Assembly (NCBI GenBank): GCA_009602735.1 | Contig: WELA01002181.1 | Coordinates: 1 to 58,117 of the forward strand | DNA: 58,117 nt | Direction: 5' to 3' | From: Mesotaenium endlicherianum | Lineage: Eukaryota | Part shown: piece by piece, positions 30,834 to 44,583 of the stretch | How the letters are laid out: each line of letters starts with the position of its first letter | Position numbering within the stretch: the stretch's first letter is position 1 | Position numbers and translations under genes: made by a program | The notes under the pieces: generated by a model | Told to the model about the DNA's origin: nothing | What the model saw: only the letters and a program-made list of their open reading frames with translations | Databases searched by the model: none

Positions 30834-33773
30834 TCACTTGAGGTGGAGGAGGAGAAGCTCAGGGCTCTGCAGCAGAGCCTTCCAGTCGCGGCAGAAGGCT
30901 GCCAGCGCCGCTCCGTCCAGCACCCTGTGGTCGGCGGCCCAGCTCACCTGTCACCCCTCGAGCCCCATCCACAGACATAGAGCGCACTTTGAGTAACTCG
31001 TGGTTGGGGCTTGCCTCCGTGAGTTTTCTTTCGTTGAAGGCACGAGTAGCAACTCGCATTTTGCATATGCCGTAGAGGACGGCACATCCCCGGATGTCCA
31101 CACGAACAACAAAGAGGGGGGAGGGTAGTTCGGACTCGTCACACAGACAGACGGCCCCGCGGGCTGAGTAAACGCAGCGCCAAATCCAACCCTCCAACAA
31201 GAGTACCATGCAGGCAGAGGTATGCAGGTGTGAGACAAGCTGCTCGTCAGCACACCCACAGCACTCCTTTCCTCTGGCACAGTTCCACGTCTTCAACTAC
31301 CGGTACACGTCCACACACTCTCCAGCAGCAACAGCAGGGAGGTGTCACCATGGCTTTTCCTTTTCAAAGCTTTTGTTGTCGCGCATGCGGGAGAGAATGA
31401 ACCCCTCTGCTAATTGAAGTTACATAAGTGTTCATATCACGTTTGGGCGCGCCGAACAATAGGGTGGTCTGGCCCCGGAGCAAAGGACGGCTGCAAAGCA
31501 TTCAGCCCCACCATCACACGTGAGCGTGCGTGCTTGTGTCCACTGGCAGACGAGGCCTCCTCGCAGGCAGTTGACCATCGAACAGCCTCCCACGAACAAA
31601 AATATGTGAAGAGGATGATCCCGTGTAACCTTTGTATTCAAATACTGGCGCGCGTAGTCCCAAGCGAGTGCACGCACGCGCAACACACACACACACACAC
31701 GCACACGTACACGTACACATGCACACGCACACACATGCACAGCCCCCAAATATAGGCACACACAGGTGTGATGGGACACGTGCCGGTACACGCAGACGGG
31801 CATACATACCGGCATGATGCTGGCGGCATGCACTTGCCCCAGAGAGTCTAACCGAGGAAGCTTCTGGACCATGCCCAGGGCCACGATGGCCACTTCCGGC
31901 AGATTCAGGATGGGCCCCGCGTAGGTGCCCCCGTACATGCCGACGTTGGACACCGTGATGGTGCCATCTGTCACGTCCTCGGTCGCCAACTTGTTCTCTG
32001 CTGCCAGCTGGCGCAGCCTTGCAAGCTCCATGGCAATCTGCCGGGACGTGCAGCAGAAGCACAGCCCGTCAGACAGGCGACACACTCTCGCAGGCGGGGC
32101 AGCTGGAGCCTGCTTCTTGCTTGCTCCCTATCAGTCTCTCTCCCTGTGAGCCACTAACCGTCGAGCATTCTGAATGCTGAACCCCTCGCAAACTTCTTCT
32201 CTAATGAATCAGACACGTCCAAAAGTCTTGCTCGATGCAGCGCAAAGCCACTCAAGGAGAGAGAGGTAAAAGCAGAGAGGGTGCATTTGATGCTTTGCAC
32301 CCGGAAGGAGGTCGAGAAGGCACCGAGAAGGTACAAGAGAGCACACCCGAGGAAGAAGGGAACATGGGGGGCACCTGCAGAACAGAGAGCGTCTGGCAGT
32401 CCTTAATGTTGGGCACCACGAGGCCATTGGGCGTGGCCATGGCTATGCCGATGTTGTGCGAGGCTGCACCACACTCACACCCATACCCACATCCACAAAG
32501 GCGAACACTATTGACGATCACCATCAAGAATGGACAGGGACCAGCTGGAGCCCAGCATAGGAGCTGTCGTGTCCTGAGACAGACACGGCCCTGCGCCATC
32601 CAAGACTGCCAACCGACTCAGCAGGGCACAGCCAGCGAGCCAGCAGCGATGTAATGACAGGTGGCACACGCAGGGAAAGGGCTCCCGCGCTTGCTTGAGG
32701 TCTAGCGCGACGCTGCTGCACTGCGGCGAGACGGACCTACGCAGCCCTGGCCTGCCTCAGGCTGAGACATGCTTGGGCCCAACGCTGCACCCGTATCTCT
32801 GCTGAGGAATGCAGGAGAGAGAGAGAAAGAAAGAGAGAGAAAGAGTGACGAAGCGCATGGCAGACAGGGGCATGGCTGATGTGGCAACCCCCGAAGCAGC
32901 ATGCGCGTCCGTCTGCAAATGTAGGTGTGTGCTTGCGCACACGCGTGGGCATAAGCTCCTCCAGGCCGTGATGCACAGGGCAGCGCATTGGCCACCAAGG
33001 CGCCAGCGTGAGGCTGAGGTGGCCACACGCGCATTTGCGGGCATGCATGCCTTGCAGCAGAGCAGCCATCTGGAGGGGCTTATCTGAGTGCAGAAACCTC
33101 GTAGCACCAGGACTAGCAAGCGAAAGTATGTGTAGGTGAGTGGAGTGAGTACGTGAGTGCGAGCGAGCGAGCGAGTGAGTGAGTGAGTGGCGGCGTAAGA
33201 GCAGAGAGGGGAGGAACGGAGCCTATGAAGCGGAGAGAATGAGCAAGAGTTGAGGCAGAGCTGAGAGCGGGCCAAGAGCAGCAGCAGCGGCAGCACACAC
33301 ACACACCTACCTCGGCAGGTGACCTCAGTGACGTGTGCGTCCACGGTGCTGTTGAGCTGCGGGTGCTGCAGCAGCGCGCGCGACAGCGCCTTCACCACCA
33401 GGGGCAGATGCGTCAGCCGCTCGACGCCCTCGCGCGTGGCCGCCTCGCGCAGGGTGGAGCGCAGCGCGATGAGCGCGTCCACATTCACCTCCTCCATCAG
33501 GTTGAAGTGCGGGACCGCGGTGGCCGCCGCCATGGTCCTCGCCATTGTCCTGCGGAAGCCCCTGCGAGCGAGCGAGCGAGAGAGCGAGAGAGCAGGCGAG
33601 GGAGCGTGAACGCAGCATGGAGGGGACGGGGGCGTGCGGAGGACAGGAGAGGCGTGGGATTGGATATCGGTCAGGAGGGCAGAGAAGCACGATCTGGGGT
33701 TTGCGTGATGAGAGGGAGGGAAGGCGGGAGGGAGGGAGGGTGGTGGAGTTGGGCTGATAGGGGATGCTGTTGT

Positions 33774-33817
<44 letters not shown>

Positions 33818-36800
33818 GTCATGGTCAGGTGCTCCACCGGCAATGCGTCCTCGCAGGCACTCTCCCTCTCTCTTCTGGGATGATACAGAAGCCCAGCTGG
33901 CATTGGTGGGGATGTGAGCCGTGTCAAAAATCCCCCCCCCCCCCCCCNNNNNNNNNNNNNNNNNNNNNNNNNNNNNNNNNNNNNNNNNNNNNNNNNNNNN
34001 NNNNNNNNNNNNNNNNNNNNNNNNNNNNNNNNNNNNNNNNNNNNNNNNNNNNNNNNNNNNNNNNNNNNNNNNNNNNNNNNNNNNNNNNNNNNNNNNNNNN
34101 NNNNNNNNNNNNNNNNNNNNNNNNNNNNNNNNNNNNNNNNNNNNNNNNNNNNNNNNNNNNNNNNNNNNNNNNNNNNNNNNNNNNNNNNNNNNNNNNNNNN
34201 NNNNNNNNNNNNNNNNNNNNNNNNNNNNNNNNNNNNNNNNNNNNNNNNNNNNNNNNNNNNNNNNNNNNNNNNNNNNNNNNNNNNNNNNNNNNNNNNNNNN
34301 NNNNNNNNNNNNNNNNNNNNNNNNNNNNNNNNNNNNNNNNNNNNNNNNNNNNNNNNNNNNNNNNNNNNNNNNNNNNNNNNNNNNNNNNNNNNNNNNNNNN
34401 NNNNNNNNNNNNNNNNNNNNNNNNNNNNNNNNNNNNNNNNNNNNNNNNNNNNNNNNNNNNNNNNNNNNNNNNNNNNNNNNNNNNNNNNNNNNNNNNNNNN
34501 NNNNNNNNNNNNNNNNNNNNNNNNNNNNNNNNNNNNNNNNNNNNNNNNNNNNNNNNNNNNNNNNNNNNNNNNNNNNNNNNNNNNNNNNNNNNNNNNNNNN
34601 NNNNNNNNNNNNNNNNNNNNNNNNNNNNNNNNNNNNNNNNNNNNNNNNNNNNNNNNNNNNNNNNNNNNNNNNNNNNNNNNNNNNNNNNNNNNNNNNNNNN
34701 NNNNNNNNNNNNNNNNCCTCAAACCCCCACCCCCTTCCAAATATTTGCACATCTGGAGCCACACGGCCATGCGGCTTGTCTCGTTCGCCACGCGCAACCC
34801 AGAGCATGTGCACCGGGCACGCGCGAGCACAGGTGACAGCATGCGCCATGTGGCATGACCTTGCGCATGGAGCAAGACTGGGCGGGCAGCGTGCGCACCT
34901 GATGGGGATGACGTGGTCCGCGCCCGCCTGCTGCTGAAGCTGAGAAGCAGAAGGGGGAGCCTCGTGCGTTCTTCTCGCTGCCTTCTCCGCGAGCGGCCAG
35001 CTGTCCTCTTCTCGCGAGCCAGCCACGGACTCAGCAGCAACTGCCGCCCCGTCTCCACCTGCCGCCACGCTCGAGGACGCCACGTCTCGCACGCCACGTA
35101 TTGGCTCTGCACGGTCCTCGCCAGGTGGCGACGGGCCCTCCAGCGCCGCCTCCATGTTGGCCGCGTCCTCGCGCGCCGTCTCCAGCGAAGCTGCATGCCT
35201 GAGCACGTCCTCCTTGAGGACCCGGCCCCTATGGCCCGTCCCCGCCAGCTCCGTAAGCTCGATTCCATACGACTTTGCCAGGTGGCGCACTGCGGGCGTG
35301 GCTAGGGTCTCGCCCAAGAGCTTCCCGGAAGGGGGTGCCGAGGGCGAGCTGGCAGCCAGGTGGGCTTCCCTGCCAGAATGCTCGTTGGCTGCAGGTACAT
35401 CTGGAGCAGGAGGGGGAGCCGCAGCCGCCGGCATCTCGACGCCAGATGGCAGCACGTCGCACAGAGTCTCTCCGACCTGATCGATAGTTGGCACGCCCCC
35501 TCTCTCACCCCCACTAAAGAAAGCGTGAGAAACAAACAAAGTCGACACGATAGGGGCAAGGGGAACACACTTCGAAAAGCCGCACAGGAGTGTACTCCAG
35601 AAGCAGCAGCAGCACCCAGCATCAGCATCAGCATCAGCAGGCAGCAGTATGAGTGAAGGTCCTGCAGCACGCAGCCCCCTCGCACATGACAGGCTCAGAC
35701 CCCCGCACCTCCTTACACACAGCTAAGCGTACTCCGGCGACAGAGAGTCCCCAAGTCCAGCCTCAAAGCTATCCTGTTCTGTCCTCTCTGCTCCCTGCTC
35801 TGTGCTGCAGAGGTTTGTCGCAGCAGAAGCGGCACCACACAAACTGCATGCACCCCCCTTTGAGAGAGCCTGAGGAGGCCATCCCAGCAGCAGCAAGGTG
35901 GAGGAGGAGGAGCAGGAGGAGGAGGATGAGGACTAGGATGCGCCTGCTTCCTCCCTCGACCACAGGGAGTGAAGAGAACCCGCCACATCAGCAGGGCCTG
36001 CGCTGCCTGCCTGCCTGACTTACCCATCCTGGACTCAGAGGAGGGCGCAACACAAACTCGCATCGGCACGCTCTCTCATTGAGGACACCGGCATGTCACA
36101 CGCAGCACGGAGAGCAGGTGTGCTCTGCGCTTTCAGAATCGCACTCGGCTTCTGAGCAAGCGTGGTCCGCTGCCACCGCACACTCTCGCATAGCGCAAAG
36201 GCAGGCAATGCAATCCTGCACTCCAGAGCTCCCTCTCGCGCTCCTCACGCACTCGCACTCTCCAGAGAAGCCCCCCAGCCAGCCCGTCCGGCATTGTCCT
36301 CGCCCAAGCATGCCGCCCTTTCAGCGACTTACCAGGAGACAGCCAGCCACAGCCACAGCTGCAAGCTGCCCTTTCACCCCCCCCAAGCACACCCCCCCCN
36401 NNNNNNNNNNNNNNNNNNNNNNNNNNNNNNNNNNNNNNNNNNNNNNNNNNNNNNNNNNNNNNNNNNNNNNNNNNNNNNNNNNNNNNNNNNNNNNNNNCCC
36501 CCCCCCCCCCCCCCCCCCCCGGGCCGCCCCGGCCCACACCTTGACGATGTCGCCGGGCGAGAAGTGGGTGCGCAGGATGCGGCCGTCGTAGCGGCTGGTG
36601 ATCTCCACCGTGGCCTTGTCGCTCTGCACCTCGCACACCGGCTGGAACTGCACCACCTCCTCCCCCTGCACGCACGCAAGCACGCCCACACGCACACGCA
36701 AGCACGCACGCACGACCCGGGGCCCCAGCCGGTAAGGCACAGGGAAAGCGTAGAGACAGCACCGGCAACAAATTAACTCAGCCCTCCCCTCTCCCCCCTT

Positions 36801-37172
36801 CTACCCCGACCTTCAAGCTCGACCTCGGGCTCGCTCCCCTTCCAAGCTGGGCTGCCGTGTGGAGCTCGAGCATCCGCACGCAGCCAGCCCACCAGCACCA
36901 GCAGCAGCAGCAGCAGCAGCACCAGCAGAGGCAACAGCAGAAGGAGAGGCTGCCACTTGGTTGAGAGGGGCACGCTGGAATGCGGTGGGCTCCAGCGGCG
37001 GCGCCGCACTCCACGTGTGGGTGCCATCGTGATGGCAAGCTCTGGCTCTCTGGGTCTGGATTCCGCTGCCCGCTGCCCGCTGCCCACTGCCCGCTGCCTG
37101 CTGTGTGCTATTAGAAGGACAGGCAGACAGCCAGACAAAGAGGCACATGCAGCGCAAGACAAGCAGACAGAT

Positions 37173-37206
<34 letters not shown>

Positions 37207-37940
37207 ACAGACAGACGGACTGGTGGGATCCTCCTTGGTCTTGCCACGGGCGAAGCGGCTCAGGATAACCTGACACCTGGCAAGCACCAAGCGTGTTGCC
37301 CTCGGCAGGGGCTCTCTGAAAACAACCCCTCAGCCTCTGCTGGTCTGGTCCGTGGATGGCAAGGAGGGCGTGCCACTAACACGTGTGGAATTCGGGAGCC
37401 TGGCAGCTGCTAGATTCCTCCGTGCAGAGATTTCAGCCCAGTGAAGCTCACCCTGCCAACTGTTCCTTCCTAGTAATTGTTGTCCTTTGATAAGTAATCT
37501 CCCCTGGTACGTGTGGCAGTCTGCTAGAGTCTGCCCTGGAATCCAGGTGCCTCGTGGCCTTGCTTTCTGTGGTGATCCAATTCTGCAGCGCCCTACGCTG
37601 CGCTTGTGCACTGGCTTACACGGCTAGGGGCAAGGTAGTAAAAGCAAGGGGACAAAAACGGGAGCATGAAGAGAAGAATCTCGCTGCGTGGGTCTAGGTT
37701 CAAAGGAGCCCAGCCTTAGAACCCGGCGAGAGGCGAGGCGAGGAGATCGGAGAATTACATTGTCAGAGAGCAGCCAAGAGAGTTTCGTGGGCTTGGATGG
37801 GAGAGACTGAGAGACGCAGTCTAAAGTTTGCCGTTCAATCTGTGGGCAAAAGCAGTGCACCATTCGGGCCTGCTGGGGAGCAGGAGGCGCAGAGAGGGAG
37901 AGGCCAGGAGCGTGCAAGAGGGGGGGGGGGGGGGGGGGGN

Positions 37941-37971
<31 letters not shown>

Positions 37972-38566
37972 CGAGGGGAGAGAGCCGACCTCACGGACAA
38001 ACCACTGGAGCACTTCGCATTCTGCGATTCCTTCTCCCGTCTGCGACAACCTAAGCTCGTAGATGCCTGCGCTCCCCTCCACCTTGGCCTCATGGCCTCC
38101 ACTGTAAGGTCTCCTCTGGTAGACCAGGTGTGGTCGAGAATGCTCCTGCATCAGAGAAGGGCAGCATCACATGTTATCTCTGGTATTGGAGCCCTGCCAT
38201 CTGACGTGCATTCACACGTGCAGCCCGGCAAGGGGAGTTCTTGAGCCCCGCAGGGGGAAGTCGGTCAAGATGCCGCAACACTTGGCGCCGAGATCACTGT
38301 CAATGCCCCGTCACTAACGAAAATGTTTGTGGATGATTGTTGGGGGTATTACTCACAGAGGCAAAAGTAATGTGTTTGAAGAAAGGCACCACCCATGAAC
38401 TGTAGGCACCCGGAATGCGATTGTACCCGCATTCAGTATCACTATCGAACATTTTTTCTTTGCATTTAGTGTCGAACGAGCTTGCGTACAAAGCGCGTGA
38501 GCTTCTAGGCAATGAAGAAGGAATAATACATTTAAATTGACCAGCAAGCTGCAAAGCTTTTCTCAT
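30834..38566 (-). CDS. BCE2: Mitochondrial dihydrolipoamide branched-chain transacylase (BCKDH E2); 8 exons, about 583 aa
   Basis: Exons (minus strand) 38566-38357, 38145-37990, 36665-36540, 35476-34899, 33561-33311, 32463-32375, 32037-31810, 30947-30834. An in-frame upstream ATG at 38626 is an alternative start. Lipoyl domain LSQTGEGIAECE...VCEVQSDKATVEITSRYDG; E3-binding domain LATPAVRHLAK...GTGHRGRVLKED; catalytic domain HNIGIAMATPNGLVVPNIK, GTITVSNVG and ADHRVLDGA. Confidence 0.93.
33775..33815. repeat. (GAT)n microsatellite in BCE2 intron 4
   Basis: GATGATGAT run visible directly; it is the source of spurious poly-His/poly-Ile ORFs. Confidence 0.9.
33932..34716. other. Poly-C run and assembly gap (N 33948-34716) in BCE2 intron 4
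   Basis: Run of N. The flanking exons join in frame (VIPIR|GFRRTMA). Confidence 0.95.
36392..36520. other. Poly-C runs with assembly gap (N 36400-36497) in BCE2 intron 3
   Basis: Seen directly in the sequence. Confidence 0.95.
37920..37971. repeat. Poly-G homopolymer (poly-C on the transcript) just after the BCE2 intron 2 donor
   Basis: About 50-nt G run with one N, beginning about 18 nt into the intron on the minus strand. Confidence 0.95.
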
Positions 38567-41500
38567 CTTGCGAAATGCCAAAAGAGTTGGTAATGAGCAT
38601 ACGGGAGTGGCGTTGCAAGAAGACATAAGAGCTTTCAGTGTGATGAGAGGACCATGCAGCAGTATCTATAATTGCTGGGAACAACCAGAGTAACCCACAA
38701 GAAACGCCCCAGTTGGAAATGTGGGAGGAGAAGTGCTTGCCAATGAATCATTTGACGTGGCGAGCATACACTTATGACAAGGATGCCAGGTAGGACGTGG
38801 TTGACCCTGTGTGAGACGTCAACGAGTCTCATTCATGCACATATCGGTTTATATTTTTTTCTGATTTTTCAATCGTTCGTCTCCGGTGTTTTAATGATTG
38901 ATTCTTTATTAACGTCGGTTCACCTTTTGAGTTTCTCCCGCCACCTTCTTTTAACGACACATGCATGACTCAGCAAGTTCCCGCGTTTTCGTTAAAAGTT
39001 TAACGTCTTTGAATACCGACGTCACTTACTTCTGACAACTCTCGGTTATGAGACACTTTTGAACGCTAGCAATAACCGATAAGGTCAAAAATAAAGATGA
39101 AAAACTGACGACGGTCACCCTAAGAATGGTGCAAATTTGGTTGTCCACATATTGTAACCTTTTCTTTTATAATTGTCATATTGACCCCTATGTACACTTG
39201 TTACGAATTAGCTTTCAACGTCTTGAATTTTTGAAGGATATCATCAAACATGACGCAAAATACTTCACATCAAGAATGTAACTAACACTTTAAGCACGGG
39301 AGCTTTATGGACTCCATCGTAACAACTAAGAATTTATGTGAAAGCAATTTGTTATAAACCTGTTAGCGCCATGACTTCTGCCGGGCGGTGTCCTTTAGAT
39401 GCATTGTCATTCGTGACATGAAATTCGTGATCAAATTTTAAGCGCCTCACGACCAATTGACTATCTTGGTTGACTTTGTAGGAAGTTTGAAAACTGTCTG
39501 CTTTCGTCCACGACTTCATAATATAAAAGTAGTACTTGACCAGTAAATTATTTCAACTTCCAAACTTAATTATATTTTGACCTATTTTTACTAAATGTTC
39601 AGATTGACCAATTCTTTGTTGATGGGATCGAAATCCCAATAATCGTAGCTGCCAATGTTGAATTAGAATTGGAATTTGTTGTTGGAATTATTAAAGTGAA
39701 TCCTTTTGCATTCTCGTCCAGCGCCACAGGAGATCCAATCCCAGCGTTGAGTTTGTCGACCTATTTTTGCCGTTTCACCATGCTTGAGTGGTCTTTCGAA
39801 GTTAGTCAAATTTTTAGTTTGACAGCCAAAAAATGTGTGAAACTAATTCTATAATTTAAATGTATAGCAACTCACTAGATGATATAATTCATTATATGTT
39901 TGCTGGCCGCACTCTTTTACATCATGGTAGATGAAAAAGAGCATTGAGAGCAAATTAAGAGCACATCATACATGTTTCACTATGAAATTGCAGAAATGTT
40001 AAAATGGCTGAACGCTAGGAAATCTAAACACCGATCTTAAAGTATCACTCAGATACTGTTCCATTTGATTTGGTTTGAGGTTTTAGACGAAGGATTTCTC
40101 TACCTAGATTAATATGGGATCACATCTTATCGCTTTTCACGTGCATGGACTTGGGCTGATTGTAACTTGCACAATTTTAGAATTATTGTGGTTTATAGAA
40201 CTTAAGAGCAAGCTTGGTGAATAAACTTGCAAGGAATGTAGACATGCCATTACTAAGATGGTTTGAAAGCTTTGAAGTGTGTAAAAAGTATGTGAGTGAT
40301 ATAAACAACCGAGTATACAACAATTTGTATATCAAGAATATTCGAAATACAGTTTGGTAAGAGACACGCTTATCACTAGAAATTTCTTTACGAAACTTCC
40401 ACGAAGTGCCAGCGCACACCGTGCGCTTGCTTGCAGCACACGCAATAGCAGGCTGCAGCTGCTTATATAAGTCCTCAACGAACGAGAGTCATTCATTCCA
40501 CAAGCAAAATAGCATTTGTGAAGCTTGACCCCACCCAGTCCACTCTGACAGCATCACAATTGTTTTCAAATGCATCTAAGCACACCAGCATGCTACCCAC
40601 AATCAGCAAACCAAATCAACGACACGGGTCGCGGATCCGCATATATCACAGGCGACAATAGCACGACAGCTTAGTCCACCCAGAGGGACCATGGGACCAT
40701 ATTGTACAAACTCATAACAGCCTAGAGTAGAATCAAACAGAAAATCTACCAGAGTCCACGTCGATATTAAGCCTAGTTAACAACGTATATCTTAATATAA
40801 TACAATAGCTTTCAATACAAAAAACGCTGCACAATTGTCGTGCCTAACAGTGTCGTACCCCTAGCGCGTGCGTGGCTTCTCAGCACGTGTGCCTTCGACT
40901 TGGTTGACGTGTCGGTGCGTCGCTGCACGTGGGGATCGACCGGGTTGATCGTCCCTTGCACGTATGTCGGTGACAGACTGGTTGGGGTTTGACCCATTCC
41001 TGGTCTTCCTGCACTTGCATCATGCGGTGAGGCATCTCACACTCAGTGGTTCCCATGTTCAACCAGTTCCTCATTCAACACTTAGCAGAAATTTTCGAAA
41101 AGATAGCTTATCTTCAGTTTCCCTTACAAGGACATAAGCGTCTTACTTCCACACAGGCTTTCGCCCAAGTTGAGGGTTTACAGAATGAACAAGTTTGTAG
41201 TTTGCAGAAATCACGTCTATGCAGCTTAACAGGCAATGTCAAGTTCAGAGAAAATCGCCCTTCAAGGCTTTTGCTTAACTTCCACGAGTCACAGCTTACA
41301 AAACTCTGAACTGCACATCTATGCTGGCCTGGTCTGAGCTCTTCGCTCAACACCGCGCCTTAACAGCTCTTCACTGCTTGGCTGGGCTCACTCAGTTCTT
41401 CACTGAGAGCTTTACTTGTTAATACTACTCTTGCTATCAGCAATTCGACAAATGAGACTTCTGAGAACTTGGAGACTAACACAGCACTCACCATTTTAAG

Positions 41501-43005
41501 TGACCCTCGCACGCTTGCGGTGTTTGACCTCAATCTGCACTAATCTCCTAACAGATTCTATTTTGCAGCTCTCTACTTTCCACCAGCGAGATCCTCTCTT
41601 GGGAACTCCTGAGGCCTAACCTTTCTATGATACACTTAAGAAATCTTCCAGCGTCGGTAGAAGCGTGGCACCTCGGCCCTTCTATTGTCTTGGGAACTCC
41701 TTCTTCTTCTTCAGCTTCCTTTGACAACAATGCGAGCAAGGATGAGGCAGCTTCAGGCAGGACTTGTGCCTTTCACAAGCACCACACACTGTCCTCTTTC
41801 GAGAATACCAGTGCTTAGTCAGCGCGCTTAGCTTGCATGCCGTCCTTACCCAGCAGCTCTCACACAGCTTAGAAGTTGTCATTCGGCATGCATGCATGCA
41901 TTGGGATTGTTGCGCGTGACCACTTAGCCTTCCAGCTGGCAATCACGCCTATGTGGCTGGCTGGCAGCGTTTAGGATTAACGCTCAGGTCGTGACCAGTC
42001 ACCTGAGAGCCTGGCCGAGGCGGCACACAACGCCCTTTGCAACATCCTTGCTGTACTTGGCTTGGATAGCCGATTGATCAGTACCTTTCTTGGCACTTGC
42101 TAGGCTGGCTCATTGCTGGTTCCATGCCCCTAGCCTTTCGGCTGACCACTCGGTCCACATCCCCATCCCGTCCTGGGTGTGGGTGTGACGTGTAGTGACC
42201 ACTTTGACAGTGACAACGACTTCAACATGACCGCTGACTAAGTCCTCTGGTCGGTGTGTCAATGCTGACTTCCCGTACCTGGGCGGCCGTGACTTGCGCT
42301 GCGTGTGCGACACCTTCAAGTGGATAGCAGTCGCGACACAATGTATTGCTTTCTCTACTTGTAATAACATAATCATTTTGCCTAGAGATAAGTGTAAAGC
42401 ATTATAAAACTCAAATCAGAATTGGTAAACTTTACTTAAGAGAAAGTATAAACATCTGGAAGTTGAAGTAAGACGTCAACCCACCGACATCGGCGATCCG
42501 TCGGCAGATGTCATTAGATTTCAAGAATCATCATTGATTCACGTAGCGAAGTAGCCATTCAATTCATTCCTGAGGCAGTTTTCTATACCTAGAGGTTAGC
42601 GTCAACTTTGTGAAAGCTTGGACGTAAGTAGCGAGTCTTTGACGGCACTAGAAATATTTCAGGCGATCGAGACATCATTGCATAGCATATTAGTCTTCTT
42701 GATGCCGGTCCTATTCCATTGTGAAAGTTCTTTCTTGCAATATTAGTAGCAGGCGTCTTTTTTCTATCTGTTTTATCTCATTCTCAGAGAAGGCTGTTAC
42801 GCTCCATCATGGGAGTTGTTTGCGAATCCTGCCTGCTTTCGACTCTTATCTTCAGGCTGAAACTTGAGGATGCCTTTAAGGTTCCAGGGCCGTAAGTGCC
42901 CTTTTGAGTGGTGATAGAAGTCACCCTCCGTCTATTATTTGTTGCTCTATCATTTGATCCCCAGTTTGTATTGCGATCTTTTCTTGGCTGATCCGGCCGC
43001 TCAAG

Positions 43006-44583
43006 ATGGTTGTCGCCTTAGTCAATCAGGCACCCTCACATCGATGCGACTTGAAAGATAGCATTACTCCCAGGTTGAAAAGGGAGCGTTCGTATACAGG
43101 TAGAAGTCTAGCACGTAGTTTATCATCCGCTGGTATAGATGATCGTGGTTGGTCACCATTACATGTGGCTAGCAGAATGGGCAAGTTCTCCGAGGTAAGG
43201 TCAAGCACCACGATTTAAGCGCCACGTTTTGAGCCCTTTCTCTTGACCTGTGCTTTCCAGAGAGCCACTTTTCGAGAGGCCGGTAAATACATGGAGGGTT
43301 CATGTAACGACCTAAAGATCACTGCCTCATGTGTGCCTCCATTACGACTCGGGTACTCATGTATCGATCTAAACCATGATCTTATGCATACTAAAGACTC
43401 TGCTGGATAAGTCTTTTGCAGTTATGCAAACATGTATGTGACGCTTGAACCTTTCACTTGGCTGGAGGGGAGATCTGCGCCATGTTAGAGGAGTAGATGA
43501 TTAGTTTTGTTTGATATCGGAAGATATATGAGGCAGAGCTTATGGTGGAGAAAGTATTATTGTTTTAACCAAGTGAATGGTCCAATGGATGATCATTATA
43601 TTACCTGGTCTTGTGTTTGGCTCGACAGCATTGCTGATGTCAGCACTGAGAACCTCCTCTCCTGCAGCGACAGCCGCATGATAGTAGTGCCTCAGGCTTC
43701 GCGACGAAGATGTATTACCTGCTAATATTAGCCTGCTCTATGCTTGGGAAAACCATGTATATGATAGTTTAGTGTGCCTGTCGGGAGTGCAACTTTGGGA
43801 GGGGGCTTTTAGCCACAGGCGCAAGCAGGCCTTCAAAAGCATGGACCAGATTAACAAGCCTTGCTTGCTTCTCGTGCTGCTGGAAGGGGCCAGGATGCCC
43901 CCCTTTTTGATGTTTTGATGTTCATGATTCACATAGGAAGTGAGTAGCTCAATTTACAAACCTTTTTACTTGAAAGTGCAGGTGCAGAGATTACTTGAAG
44001 AAGGTGCGGATGTGAATGAGCCTACCAAGGGCCCCAAGATTCCTGGAGCTACGCCTTTACATCTGGCGGCTATGGGAGGCCATGTGAGCGTGATGGACCT
44101 TTTGCTGGACGAAGGAGCTAATATTGAGGCCCGCACGAGGGGGTCTTGTGCATGTATGTCCTCACACCTTATGTTAGCTGCAGTATATGCTTAACATTCT
44201 GCACTGAGCATTTGAGGACCAGCAGCTATATGTGGAAGTGGCATGATTTGTCCTGTCTGTTGTATTCCATGTGGTGGTTTCGTTGTTGCTCGCATTATGG
44301 ACCATGTGTTAATGAGATGAGTTGCCATGTGCGACTTATTTTTCTTTTTGGGGGTGTTTGTATCTCTCTCACAGGGACACCTCTTCTCCATGCAGCCAAA
44401 GAGAAAAACAAGCGTGCCATTCGCTTTCTTGTTTCAAATGGCGCCTTTCTTGCTCCAGATATGTGTGATACACGGTTCAATCCACCTCTTCATTACTGCC
44501 CTGGCCTAGAATATGCATATCAAGTTCGTGATAGGTTCAATGCTAGCAGCAGCAGCAGTTCTGGTGAAGGCGAAGTACTCTAA
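43006..44583 (+). CDS. PIA2: Ankyrin-repeat protein, phytochrome-interacting ankyrin repeat (PIA1/PIA2)-like; 3 exons, 189 aa
   Basis: Exons 43006-43194, 43982-44153, 44375-44583 (570 nt). Motifs DDRGWSPLH, GATPLHLAAMGGH, GANIEARTRGSCAWTPLLHAAKE and the family-typical tail GAFL...DTRFNPPLHYCPGLEYAY. PIA1 versus PIA2 orthology cannot be resolved. Confidence 0.85.

Noticed and set aside
33325..35548. 600+ aa ORFs spanning the N gap
   Set aside because: Only 35476-34899 and 33561-33311 are BCE2 exons; the remainder is read-through of intron sequence and Ns.
40880..41074. Short ORF ending PTRQPSRRHTC, faintly like IDA-type peptide motifs
   Set aside because: No signal peptide and the similarity covers only a few residues.
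42110..42112. In-frame TGA between two open stretches (possible selenocysteine or read-through)
   Set aside because: No redox motif context, no recognisable selenoprotein family and no SECIS identified.
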